This document shows, piece after piece, positions 17,786-26,347 of a stretch of DNA of 54,320 bases. Both the position numbers and the translations under genes were made by a program. The notes under the pieces are model-generated. The model saw only the letters and a list, made by a program, of their open reading frames with translations. It did not search any database and was not told where the DNA came from. This DNA comes from a virus. Each line of letters starts with the position of its first letter. Within the stretch, counting starts at the first letter, position 1. Location of the stretch: the UHGV virus genome UHGV-1522278, one strand, 5' to 3'.

Positions 17786-17799
17786 TCGGGGTGGTTTTT

Positions 17800-18405
17800 A
17801 TGCAAAACCCTAAAAAACCCATAAGACGCCGTTGCAAATGCTGCGGCGTTTTTTTTGAGCCTAAATATCACAATCAAACATGGTGCAGCGATGAATGTCT
17901 GGAAGAACTGAAATTTGATCAGCTATGTCGCGATCGTGAGAAGGCTATGAAGGCTATGGAACGGAAGAAACGCCGTGATAGCCAGCGTGAGGAACGCAAC
18001 CGGAAGCGGAAGCAGTTAAATCCGCGCAGCTACTGGATTAAACAGGCGCAAAACGTTTTTAACGCTTATATACGCGAGCGTGACGCGCTATTGCCGTGCA
18101 TATCATGCGGGACTTACTACGGTGAGCAATGCGGGTGGGATGCAGGCCATTACAGGACGGTAGCCGCCGCCGGACACCTTCGCTTTAACGATGATAATTG
18201 TCACAAGCAATGCAGGCACTGCAACCAGACACTAGACGGCAACATCGGAGGGTATCGCCCTGCGCTGATTCGAAAAATTGGCCTCGCCAGGGTAGTAGCT
18301 CTGGAGAACAACAACGAAACTCACAAATGGACGATAGAAGAATGCAAGGAAATCATAAAAGTCTATCAGGCTAAATTAGACGCCTTAAGGAGAAAGGCAG
18401 CATGA
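17800..18405 (+). CDS. ninG: NinG/Rap-like recombination protein
   Basis: start at the ATG at 17800; Cys-rich NinG-like sequence (CKCCGVFFEP...WCSDEC, CISCG, CHKQCRHCN). Confidence 0.8.
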   Translation: MQNPKKPIRRRCKCCGVFFEPKYHNQTWCSDECLEELKFDQLCRDREKAMKAMERKKRRDSQREERNRKRKQLNPRSYWIKQAQNVFNAYIRERDALLPCISCGTYYGEQCGWDAGHYRTVAAAGHLRFNDDNCHKQCRHCNQTLDGNIGGYRPALIRKIGLARVVALENNNETHKWTIEECKEIIKVYQAKLDALRRKAA

Positions 18406-18815
18406 ACGAATATACATTTAGCCTACCTTACCCGCCATCGAATAACCGCTATTACCGACATTCGCGCGGTTTTCACTATATAAGCAAAGTTGGGAAGGAA
18501 TATCGGGAACAAGTAAGAGACATCATCGAGCTATTAAATTTAAACATTAACCTACCTTGCCGACTGGCAATCGCCATCTATGCCGCGCCGCCGGATAACC
18601 GGATCAGAGATCTGGATAATATCCCTAAATGCCTTTTTGATAGCCTTACCTATGCCGGATTTTGGAAGGATGACGGGCAAATTGACTCAATAAAAATTGT
18701 CCGCTGCCGGAAGGTAAAAGGCGGACGCTTGTTTATTAAGATCCGCGAACGCGGCGACCTGCTACCGGATATTGACGAATACGCGACGAATACGTGGGGG
18801 TTACAATGGAGCTAA
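18402..18815 (+). CDS. rusA: RusA-type Holliday junction resolvase
   Basis: 137 aa; RusA-like N-terminus LPYPPSNNRYYRHSRG and DLDNIPK acidic motif. Confidence 0.85.
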   Translation: MNEYTFSLPYPPSNNRYYRHSRGFHYISKVGKEYREQVRDIIELLNLNINLPCRLAIAIYAAPPDNRIRDLDNIPKCLFDSLTYAGFWKDDGQIDSIKIVRCRKVKGGRLFIKIRERGDLLPDIDEYATNTWGLQWS

Positions 18816-19042
18816 TAAACATTGTTGTTAAATGTACTCAATCAAGCGTCGATTTTTTCACTGAAGGTAAAAAATATTCAGGTTTTATAAAGCATGGGTG
18901 CTTTGCTTTCATTCTACAAGACGATCTTGTATCTGATTTCGACGACGCCGACGCATGGCGATTAGTCCAGTATTTCCCGTCAAAAAATGAGTATTTTTTG
19001 CAGGGTCATTTTAAAACTAGGTTTAAGGTGGTAGAGAAATGA
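18806..19042 (+). CDS. hypothetical protein
   Basis: start at the ATG at 18806 with GGGGG RBS. Confidence 0.45.
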   Translation: MELINIVVKCTQSSVDFFTEGKKYSGFIKHGCFAFILQDDLVSDFDDADAWRLVQYFPSKNEYFLQGHFKTRFKVVEK

Positions 19043-19221
19043 AAAACGAAATTAAAGATCTGCAAATAGATATTCAGCGCGATGAGCATGATTTAGAAAC
19101 GGTCCGACAAATCCAGGCTTTTCATATGCGCGAATTGCTTGCATTGAAAGAGCTTGAGAGAAAGTTAGTTCAGTCTATTTCTGATCGTAAACACCTTATT
19201 GCTCGTTACGGGGGCAAGTAA
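19039..19221 (+). CDS. hypothetical protein (predicted coiled coil)
   Basis: 60-aa ORF. Confidence 0.45.
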   Translation: MKNEIKDLQIDIQRDEHDLETVRQIQAFHMRELLALKELERKLVQSISDRKHLIARYGGK

Positions 19222-19943
19222 TGAATCTGGAATCTATTCTCAAATTCCACTTCCCAAAATCACCGCGTTTATCAGATGAAAGCCGGGGCACGTCCCCGGA
19301 TGCACTTAATACTACGGATGCACTAACAGCAGCAGGCATGGCGCAATCGCGCGTAGAGCTTGGTTATAGCGCTTTTTTAGGGAAGATGGAACTATCACAA
19401 GCCGAAAAACATAAGGCCGTAGTTTTGCTTACAGAGCGTTTAAGGACTATGGCAAAAGATTATGAATACGTTATGGAACTGGACGAGGCCAAACGCAATG
19501 ATCTTATTATTCTTGTTGCCGTTTTCGCGTTTCGGGATTATTGCCAAAGCGCCGCGACGGAAAAAACTTGCCCGGAGTGCGGCGGATATAAATTTACGTT
19601 TGACGACTACGGAGAAAAACACCTTTGCAAAAAATGCAAGGGGCATGGGACAGTTCGCAATCATTGTAAACAATGCAAGGGCCGTGGCGAAGTACCGGAT
19701 AAAGCAGCCAGTGAAGCGGCGGAAATGCCAGTGTTCAAAACGTGCCAGCATTGCGGCGGGCGCGGGTACTCGCGTTTCCCTGTAGATCTTGTACGGCAGG
19801 CGGTTAATCAGCTTGTTTTTCCGGTAAGCCGATCAACATGGTGGAAAAAGTACCGGGCTTTCTATGAAGACGCCATTGCTGAATTGTTCAAAGAAGAGGC
19901 GCTGGCAGATAACGAAATTAAAAGAGTGACGCGGGGTGAATGA
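19221..19943 (+). CDS. DnaJ-type zinc-finger protein (4 x CxxCxGxG); possible Q-like late regulator
   Basis: 240 aa; CPECGGYK, CKKCKGHG, CKQCKGRG, CQHCGGRG repeats; sits where Q would be after ninG/rusA. Confidence 0.55.
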   Translation: MNLESILKFHFPKSPRLSDESRGTSPDALNTTDALTAAGMAQSRVELGYSAFLGKMELSQAEKHKAVVLLTERLRTMAKDYEYVMELDEAKRNDLIILVAVFAFRDYCQSAATEKTCPECGGYKFTFDDYGEKHLCKKCKGHGTVRNHCKQCKGRGEVPDKAASEAAEMPVFKTCQHCGGRGYSRFPVDLVRQAVNQLVFPVSRSTWWKKYRAFYEDAIAELFKEEALADNEIKRVTRGE

Positions 19944-20146
19944 TGGATAAGCTGGAAATAAACGATCAGTTTGCTGTTATCTTGTTCGAAGATAAAACGG
20001 GCGGTGCATGGTGTAAGAAAGTCACTGGTGCGGAAGCACGATTAATATTGGGTATGGCAAGCGCGTTAAATGATGGTGAATTGCCAGCCGTACCAGTTGA
20101 GCCAGTACATATTTACGGACGGAATAAAGATAATGAAAATAATTAA
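19940..20146 (+). CDS. hypothetical protein
   Basis: 68-aa ORF. Confidence 0.4.
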   Translation: MMDKLEINDQFAVILFEDKTGGAWCKKVTGAEARLILGMASALNDGELPAVPVEPVHIYGRNKDNENN

Positions 20147-20480
20147 TATTGGGTGGCTGTATTGCGAAAACTGCGACGACGATGGTATGGTCGTAAAAAC
20201 TGAAAAAGGTTGCGGCTTCATGCTGTATCAAGGTGATAAATTCGTTTGTCCTCGCTGCGGCGGCGGTGGTGAGATAGAAATCGTTAATGATATTGCTACA
20301 GCACATAAGCCATCTCGCATTGTCCTTGATGAAAAAATAAAAATTCATCCTGATTTATTACAGCAAATTATCGATCACGTATCGGCAGCCGCAATCTATA
20401 GCGATAACAATTATCAGCGTGAAATGAACGTCAAACGTGCTATTAAGCAGTATTTCGAGGTTGACGACAATGAAGCCTAA
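20133..20480 (+). CDS. zinc-ribbon protein
   Basis: start at the ATG at 20133; CENC...CPRCGGGG. Confidence 0.5.
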   Translation: MKIINIGWLYCENCDDDGMVVKTEKGCGFMLYQGDKFVCPRCGGGGEIEIVNDIATAHKPSRIVLDEKIKIHPDLLQQIIDHVSAAAIYSDNNYQREMNVKRAIKQYFEVDDNEA

Positions 20481-20742
20481 ATTAAAGGAACATCTATTTG
20501 CAAAACTGGTTAACGAATTAACGGAAACGGCACACCATTACGCTGGAACACAACAGCTACGCGGACGGTTGTCTTCAGTTGTCAACCGTTACATTGATGC
20601 AGGATGTCACCGCAAAGGTGAAATGACTATGGACAAGGCCATCAAGCGCCGTTCGGCTGAATGGTCAGTGAGTAACACCGGATTAACCGGATACATTGAA
20701 GGCTATAACGACTGTTTACAGGATCATAGCAATGAAAAGTAA
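20470..20742 (+). CDS. hypothetical protein
   Basis: start at the ATG at 20470 (GAGGT RBS). Confidence 0.45.
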   Translation: MKPKLKEHLFAKLVNELTETAHHYAGTQQLRGRLSSVVNRYIDAGCHRKGEMTMDKAIKRRSAEWSVSNTGLTGYIEGYNDCLQDHSNEK

Positions 20743-20950
20743 CCGCAAGCGCCTTGTAAGGGCATATGACAAAGCATTAAAGGCTTTTGATGATCTGCGA
20801 AGCAATAAGCGCCAGCGCCGCAAATGGGCGCGCATGCTTGTTCATGAATGGCATTATCCTGATGCTGCCTTGATAGAAGGTGCACCGCCATTTACACAGG
20901 AACAAGCCGACGAAGTAGCTAACGATAACGTTTATTATATGATGTGGTGA
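20732..20950 (+). CDS. hypothetical protein
   Basis: start at the ATG at 20732; basic N-terminus. Confidence 0.45.
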   Translation: MKSNRKRLVRAYDKALKAFDDLRSNKRQRRKWARMLVHEWHYPDAALIEGAPPFTQEQADEVANDNVYYMMW

Positions 20951-20954
20951 TAAT

Positions 20955-21320
20955 ATGCAAATAATCATTGATTATCTTTGTCATGCTGCAAATACGCTTT
21001 TTGGTTTTTATCAACAACCATTCCTCAAAGAATGGGACGAAATGCTGAATGACATCATTGATAAAGGGTTAATAATGGAGGTTGACGATCTCACAATCAA
21101 ATTTAATTACGATGGTAAAGAATATCTAATTTGGGTTGGTAATAGATGGTATTCATACGGTCATATTTATTCAATTGGTGGTAAGTTCATTAAAAGAAAC
21201 CAGGAATTTAGGCCACGCTTCCGCACAATGCGCCGCCTGCATGACCTGCATATGAAGATATTTGAAGATCAGGAAGAGCGCGAACTATTCAAGATCTACG
21301 GGGATAAATCATGGAATTAA
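20955..21320 (+). CDS. hypothetical protein
   Basis: 121-aa ORF. Confidence 0.5.
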   Translation: MQIIIDYLCHAANTLFGFYQQPFLKEWDEMLNDIIDKGLIMEVDDLTIKFNYDGKEYLIWVGNRWYSYGHIYSIGGKFIKRNQEFRPRFRTMRRLHDLHMKIFEDQEERELFKIYGDKSWN

Positions 21321-21541
21321 AAATCTGGCAGGCTATCGACGTAGTTGATAATGCGTTATCTATGTTCGCCACCGATGGGAAACGCGTAGCAATCACTACA
21401 TGGACGCGCAACTATGATGATATTTCTTTTCGTCGCAGAACGGCGGAGTGGTTTTTCTCTGAAGGCGGCTACACGATGAACATCGCACAGCTTGCCAGAA
21501 TGAAAGATGAAAAGCTGGTGGACAGCTACACAACTGCGTAA
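21311..21541 (+). CDS. hypothetical protein
   Basis: 76-aa ORF. Confidence 0.45.
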   Translation: MELKIWQAIDVVDNALSMFATDGKRVAITTWTRNYDDISFRRRTAEWFFSEGGYTMNIAQLARMKDEKLVDSYTTA

Positions 21542-21551
21542 CGGGGTAAAT

Positions 21552-21785
21552 ATGCGTATCTATGAACACAAGCGGGATAAAACCCGCTTTTTTGTTCGTG
21601 CTGGCGTGGCGTACCAGTATCACGAATGCGGTTACATTGAGGCGCTTGCTTACGATCTGGACTTCGAGCAAGAAAAGGAATGGTTCGATTTTAAAATTTA
21701 CCGTAAGCGCAAACCAACTCGCGACGAGCGCCACGCTATCCGTGAATTTTTAATCAGCATTGAACGTTGGGAGACAGAAGAGTGA
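21552..21785 (+). CDS. hypothetical protein
   Basis: start at the ATG at 21552. Confidence 0.45.
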   Translation: MRIYEHKRDKTRFFVRAGVAYQYHECGYIEALAYDLDFEQEKEWFDFKIYRKRKPTRDERHAIREFLISIERWETEE

Positions 21786-22009
21786 AAGTTAAATTCTTGC
21801 ACGATCACGGTTATCCGTCACTGAAACAGGTTGTTGGTAAGGTTGTTAACGTCGTCCATAGCGATGATGTCACTTGCATGATTAACGGTGCTGATTTAAT
21901 CGCCGCTGGCGCTGATGATCATTACATCAATCCTGCCTGGTCGTATACGTTCAGCCTGGGTGACTTCGTTGGCGACAAGGGGCGCGGGCTGGAAGTAGTC
22001 GAGGGTTAA
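21782..22009 (+). CDS. hypothetical protein
   Basis: GTG start at 21782 overlapping the upstream stop. Confidence 0.4.
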   Translation: MKVKFLHDHGYPSLKQVVGKVVNVVHSDDVTCMINGADLIAAGADDHYINPAWSYTFSLGDFVGDKGRGLEVVEG

Positions 22010-22013
22010 CATC

Positions 22014-22262
22014 ATGGACGTTTACGAAGATCTATACCTCCAGACAAACACCCGCACTTTTTATTTTCTGAAAAACGGCGTCGTATATCGCAGCGACGAC
22101 GGGGTAATAATGAAGGAGTGGTTATTTAAGCGTAAAGACCTACTCGACGATCTGGTTTTTGCCGGGATATTTCGTAAACGTCCGGCTAACCTGGAAGAAG
22201 AAATGTTGATTGAGGTATATCAAAATGAAAATCAGGGTAAGTTATTTCCGGGCGAAAGATAA
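22014..22262 (+). CDS. hypothetical protein
   Basis: 82-aa ORF. Confidence 0.45.
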   Translation: MDVYEDLYLQTNTRTFYFLKNGVVYRSDDGVIMKEWLFKRKDLLDDLVFAGIFRKRPANLEEEMLIEVYQNENQGKLFPGER

Positions 22263-22476
22263 GGCAACAGGAAAGCAGATGGCGATCCTGGTAAACGAGG
22301 CCAATTACATGTTTGTGCTTCAACCGTGGTGTATAGCTGACTATAACGATAATTATCGCCGCCACAGCGCGCGTGGTGCTGTAGGGATGAAAGGCTGGCA
22401 GCCGCGCGACATGGAAAGCTATTGTGAATGGAAGCTGATAGCAAAATACACGGTCGATTATAAAGGTGTGTTCTGA
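22225..22476 (+). CDS. hypothetical protein
   Basis: start at the ATG at 22225 (GAGGT RBS). Confidence 0.45.
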   Translation: MKIRVSYFRAKDKATGKQMAILVNEANYMFVLQPWCIADYNDNYRRHSARGAVGMKGWQPRDMESYCEWKLIAKYTVDYKGVF

Positions 22477-22531
22477 TGGTATTGCTTTCACGCAATAAAT
22501 ATAAAACGTGATCTACCTCGCAAAATATACG

Positions 22532-22563
22532 AAATGGCATTGTTTCGGCAGTGCCATTTTGTT
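22532..22563 (+). terminator. candidate rho-independent terminator
   Basis: AAATGGCA...TGCCATTT stem with a long loop, followed by TTTTGTT. Confidence 0.35.
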
Positions 22564-22586
22564 ATATATAAGCCACCGAAAGACGG

Positions 22587-22898
22587 ATGGGCAAAATCAT
22601 GAAAAGCAATAAATTCATAGCGTGCTGTTTTGTTGAAGTACCTGAAGGTGATGTCTTCTGCAATTACGAATTTAAAGACAGTTGGGGAAAATCTCATGTT
22701 GTAGTTGGCAAGCGCGGGGACTGGTTATACATAACAGACGATGACATGATTTTTACTGTAAGCCAGTTATTCAAAATTAAGTCAGAAAATAGTGAAGCAC
22801 CACTTTGCAGAATGTTTAACATGCATTATCACTCACTATTATTGTTAAAACAAGATGTTGTAAACAAAGCGCGTAGCTTACCTGGTGCCGAATTTTAA
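22587..22898 (+). CDS. hypothetical protein (AT-rich insert)
   Basis: 103-aa ORF in a visibly AT-richer stretch after a terminator-like hairpin. Confidence 0.5.
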   Translation: MGKIMKSNKFIACCFVEVPEGDVFCNYEFKDSWGKSHVVVGKRGDWLYITDDDMIFTVSQLFKIKSENSEAPLCRMFNMHYHSLLLLKQDVVNKARSLPGAEF

Positions 22899-22921
22899 TT
22901 TCTTACGAAGGAGAATGACAA

Positions 22922-23122
22922 ATGTCTAAATTTATCAGCGTTAAAGTTTTTCGTGGCACTTTTCCAGAAGATGAAAAAAATGGACAATTCGCCGGACAAC
23001 CTGGCGCATGTTTCCGTGTAGCAACTGACAACGAAGATTGCGTAAAATGCTACCACGTATCTGAACCTCCTTTTGACGTGAAATATCTTGATAATGCAGA
23101 TCACGTTAAATTTTTATCTTAG
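22922..23122 (+). CDS. hypothetical protein (AT-rich insert)
   Basis: 66-aa ORF with AAGGAG RBS. Confidence 0.5.
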   Translation: MSKFISVKVFRGTFPEDEKNGQFAGQPGACFRVATDNEDCVKCYHVSEPPFDVKYLDNADHVKFLS

Positions 23123-23221
23123 TATCATTGGAACTTAATCCATTCCCTGGTGATGAAGTGGAATTGATTGGCGCTGAACTGGTCGCTGAATACAAAATGA
23201 CTGAAGGTGTAACAGGGGGAA

Positions 23222-23476
23222 TTGACATTGAGCGCATCAAGTAAGCTATACAAGATCAGGTGTAAAGGCGAATATCCTGGCTTTACGACTGGTTGCGAAT
23301 ACCTGGGCCATATTGGGTACGGCCCTTTCGGCGAATTAGGGATGAATACGCTGGACGACGATGGCGACAACAGGACGCTTGATCTTGATTCTGATGATTT
23401 CGAATACATCCCGCCAGTAACTTACCGCGTGGTTGATGAGTTCCTGGCTGAACATGAAGACGATGAGGATGATTAA
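23222..23476 (+). CDS. small highly acidic protein
   Basis: 84 aa, non-ATG start inferred; Asp/Glu-rich C-terminal half ending EDDEDD. Confidence 0.4.
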   Translation: MTLSASSKLYKIRCKGEYPGFTTGCEYLGHIGYGPFGELGMNTLDDDGDNRTLDLDSDDFEYIPPVTYRVVDEFLAEHEDDEDD

Positions 23477-23608
23477 ATGGAAGATTGGTATAAAAATTTG
23501 CTAATTATGTTTCTTTCTGAAAATTGGGCGCTATTTGAGCGTTTTTGCGAGGAACATGGAGAAGACCCTAACGATATTTATCACGATCTTGGGGGTGAAG
23601 ATGATTGA
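23477..23608 (+). CDS. small ORF (43 aa)
   Basis: ATG directly after the upstream stop. Confidence 0.3.
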   Translation: MEDWYKNLLIMFLSENWALFERFCEEHGEDPNDIYHDLGGEDD

Positions 23609-23801
23609 ATGCCTTATTATTGCGGTTATTATCATTTACCTGGCTGGCGTCATTTTAATGGGCGCTTTTCAGAAAGCTGTTGATAGTGACGGCATTATTT
23701 GGTTCGAGCTAGTCTTCTGGCCTTTCATTACGATATACGCATTCAGTGACGCTATGCGTATTAACATCATGCGAGCCATTAAGGAGCGCAAAAATGATTG
23801 A
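23601..23801 (+). CDS. small membrane protein
   Basis: start at the ATG at 23601 (GGGGGTGAAG RBS); two hydrophobic segments. Confidence 0.5.
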   Translation: MIECLIIAVIIIYLAGVILMGAFQKAVDSDGIIWFELVFWPFITIYAFSDAMRINIMRAIKERKND

Positions 23802-23976
23802 AGATGGCGTGTACGCGGCAACAGTAGTTGAAAGGCTGTTTTACCGCGTAGAAGGCGATGATATTCGTATCCGCGTTGGCGGTGGCGAGTGGGTAGCGCC
23901 AATCATTAAGACGACGCGAGAAACAATTAAAATATTTCTTGATGCTGGCGAACTGGTGAAGGTTGGCGACCTATGA
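23794..23976 (+). CDS. hypothetical protein
   Basis: start at the ATG at 23794 (AGGAG RBS). Confidence 0.45.
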   Translation: MIEDGVYAATVVERLFYRVEGDDIRIRVGGGEWVAPIIKTTRETIKIFLDAGELVKVGDL

Positions 23977-24149
23977 ATGAGATCGAAGATGGCATCTATT
24001 TGCATAAGGTATTCAACATCGCTTATTTGGTTAGAGGTGAAGCGGTGATGATAAGACCTGATGACGTTCCGTATTGGGAATTAAGCGACATGGATCGGTG
24101 GCACATGCAAATGCTACTTGATAATGGACTGATATACAGAAAGCGGTAA
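23973..24149 (+). CDS. small ORF (58 aa)
   Basis: ATGA overlap with the upstream gene. Confidence 0.35.
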   Translation: MNEIEDGIYLHKVFNIAYLVRGEAVMIRPDDVPYWELSDMDRWHMQMLLDNGLIYRKR

Positions 24150-24157
24150 AGCCGTAT

Positions 24158-24186
24158 TTGTGGGTCGAAAACAAACAGATTAAAAT
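24158..24186 (+). promoter_or_regulatory. candidate late promoter (TTGTGG - 17 nt - TAAAAT) upstream of the lysis cassette
   Basis: -35-like at 24158-24163, -10-like at 24181-24186; followed within about 30 nt by a strong terminator hairpin. Confidence 0.35.
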
Positions 24187-24213
24187 ATTACCTAACAATG
24201 CGAAAGTGTAACT

Positions 24214-24240
24214 ACCCGGCCCCGTGCCGGGTTTTTGCTT
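24214..24240 (+). terminator. rho-independent terminator just upstream of the holin gene (tR'-like)
   Basis: ACCCGGC-cccgt-GCCGGGT followed by TTTTTGCTTT. Confidence 0.55.
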
Positions 24241-24256
24241 TGTTGGAGGTAAATCT

Positions 24257-24457
24257 ATGTTCGACAGAATACGGGAGGCGTGTGCGTATGTGACCGGGGC
24301 CGTAACTGCTTTTTTCGGCGCGATAACCATCAATGACATTGCCGTCTTTGTGGGTATCTTATCAACCATTGGCACATTTGCCGTTAATTATTACTTCAAA
24401 TCACAGGAGAACAAGCGAGCGCAAGAGGAACACGACGCGCGAATGGGGAATAAGTAA
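24257..24457 (+). CDS. holin (class II / pinholin-like)
   Basis: 66 aa from the ATG at 24257 (GGAGG RBS); two TM segments and a charged C-terminus; precedes a SAR endolysin. Confidence 0.75.
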   Translation: MFDRIREACAYVTGAVTAFFGAITINDIAVFVGILSTIGTFAVNYYFKSQENKRAQEEHDARMGNK

Positions 24458-24458
24458 C

Positions 24459-24950
24459 ATGATTAGCCAATCGCTGAAAAACAAGATTGTTGCGGCGGCG
24501 GCTGGTGGGGCGATCGCTATTGCGGCGGTGATGATTAAGCCATTAGAGGGAGTTGATTACAATCCTTATCGTGATGTTGTTGGTGTATGGACTGTTTGCC
24601 ACGGTCATACGGGAAAAGACATCATGCTTGGCAAGACTTACACGCAATCAGAATGCGATGCTTTGTTAAATAAAGATCTACACAAGACCGCAAAAGCGAT
24701 CGATCCATATATTAAAGTCGAAATATCAGATTTTACCCGCGCAGCACTTTATTCATTCGCCTATAACGTAGGCGCTACCAATTTCAAAACATCAACCTTA
24801 TTGAAGCTACTCAATGACGGCAAGAAATCAGAAGCGTGCGCACAGCTTAAACGCTGGGTATACGCTGGCGGTAAGAAGTGGCAAGGCCTGGTTAACCGCC
24901 GCGAGGTTGAATATGCCGTTTGCGAATGGGGTGAAACATGGACAAGGTGA
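24459..24950 (+). CDS. SAR endolysin (T4-type lysozyme fold, phage 21 R-like)
   Basis: 163 aa; N-terminal signal-anchor-release segment [17 protein letters not shown]; catalytic E-x8-D-x5-T. Confidence 0.9.
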   Translation: MISQSLKNKIVAAAAGGAIAIAAVMIKPLEGVDYNPYRDVVGVWTVCHGHTGKDIMLGKTYTQSECDALLNKDLHKTAKAIDPYIKVEISDFTRAALYSFAYNVGATNFKTSTLLKLLNDGKKSEACAQLKRWVYAGGKKWQGLVNRREVEYAVCEWGETWTR

Positions 24951-25408
24951 AGACGTTAATCATCGCCGTTGTTGTTTGTATTGTTGTTGGCCTTGTTGCC
25001 GCGCTCAGTCATTGCCAGTCAGTGATAAACACAATGCAAAGCGAGCTAACTACTACGCAGGGCGCACTAAAAACAGCAAGTAACACTATTCAGCAGATGA
25101 AGGAGCGAAACGCCGAACTGTCAAAACTTGATAAGAGGTATCACGATGAGATTAAAGCTATCAGATCTGACATTGCCGATCTGCGCACTGGCATTGATAA
25201 CGGTACTATCCGGTTGCGCGTCAACGCAATACCCGTGCGAGTGTCCGACTCCACCGGAACCGCCAGCCGCATTGATGGAGCCACCTGTAGACTCACTCCC
25301 GACGCTGAATCAGCTTATCTATCCCTCAGAGAACAACTAAAAACGAAAGACGCTCAGATCACTGGGTTACAGGACTACATCAAAACGCAGTGCTTACGCA
25401 AAGAATAA
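24938..25408 (+). CDS. Rz-like i-spanin
   Basis: 156 aa; N-terminal TM segment then coiled-coil periplasmic region; overlaps endolysin end. Confidence 0.8.
   Translation: MDKVKTLIIAVVVCIVVGLVAALSHCQSVINTMQSELTTTQGALKTASNTIQQMKERNAELSKLDKRYHDEIKAIRSDIADLRTGIDNGTIRLRVNAIPVRVSDSTGTASRIDGATCRLTPDAESAYLSLREQLKTKDAQITGLQDYIKTQCLRKE
25146..25340 (+). CDS. Rz1-like o-spanin lipoprotein (embedded in the +1 frame of Rz)
   Basis: start at the ATG at 25146 (AAGAGG RBS); lipobox LSGC; Pro-rich mature part. Confidence 0.7.
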   Translation: MRLKLSDLTLPICALALITVLSGCASTQYPCECPTPPEPPAALMEPPVDSLPTLNQLIYPSENN

Positions 25409-25687
25409 CAGCGCGTGGACGTGTCGCCGTTTCCGCCAGCCAGCCATAACCGGGCCAATCCTTCCCGCGAGCGACGGCGGAAAAGTCAAAAACACGTAAT
25501 ACCTGGTCAACAGCCTCATTAACAGGTCCGGCGCTACCTGGGTAGAAGAAAGCGCCATTCTCCAGTTTTATAAAATTCTGAAAACGGTACTCATGCAGCG
25601 CCGTTTTTAGTGTTTTATAGCTGTTTTCACTCCCTGCGGTGTCCGGTTTTGCGGGGGTTATATTTTTCAGGATAGAGGAATATTCTG

Positions 25688-26272
25688 ATGGCTAAGGCTA
25701 AAGGCATCAAGTTGCCTCAATTCAAAGTTCCGCTCTTTGAGCATACAACTGTTTTCTTCTGCCCGACCCGCGAGATGTTCTATGAGTTTTGCGAAAAGGC
25801 AGGGATCCCAATCGAACCTGATTTCGAACTGGCAGGGGGATTAACACTTACTTGCACTGGAGAGAAAGGCGGTAACTTCTACGTGATCGCAGTATTCGAC
25901 AATGAGTTAGGAACGCTGGTACACGAATGCGCCCACACCACATTTCACGTATTAAGTGATGTAGGTGTCGTGGCGACAACTGATCCAACTCATCCGGCAA
26001 ACGAGACTTACGCTTACATGGTAGGCCGCATCTTTGATGCATTCTTCCCGATCCTGGCTGAATCAAACGAAGCACAGGTGGCAGCTATGCAGGCCGCTGA
26101 AGTCGTAGAGAAGGCATTAGACCAGGCAGAAAAGGCGACTGATGCAGCAGAACAGGCAGTTGAACAGGCAGAGGAGCCGAAAGAAGAGAAAAAACCAGCG
26201 AAGAAAGGCAAACGTAAGCCTAAAGCAAAAGAAGCGCTTGTACCGCGTGTAATGAGCTTTAAACGGGGGTGA
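25688..26272 (+). CDS. hypothetical protein with HExxH motif and Lys-rich C-terminal tail
   Basis: 194 aa; VHECAHTTFH; C-terminus KEEKKPAKKGKRKPKAKE. Confidence 0.6.
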   Translation: MAKAKGIKLPQFKVPLFEHTTVFFCPTREMFYEFCEKAGIPIEPDFELAGGLTLTCTGEKGGNFYVIAVFDNELGTLVHECAHTTFHVLSDVGVVATTDPTHPANETYAYMVGRIFDAFFPILAESNEAQVAAMQAAEVVEKALDQAEKATDAAEQAVEQAEEPKEEKKPAKKGKRKPKAKEALVPRVMSFKRG

Positions 26273-26347
26273 TTATGGTTACTTTTCTGTTGGGTTTATT
26301 TATCGGAATGGCTGCCGCTGTAATATTACTGGTTGGTGAATAATGTT

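Noticed and set aside
24031-24375. 114-aa minus-strand ORF overlapping the holin start and terminator
   Set aside because: Overlaps the late terminator, holin RBS and holin start; plus-strand lysis genes explain the region.
25394-25558. 54-aa minus-strand ORF in the gap after Rz
   Set aside because: RBS-like sequence directly abuts the ATG (no spacer) and the ORF runs antisense into Rz; likely not expressed.
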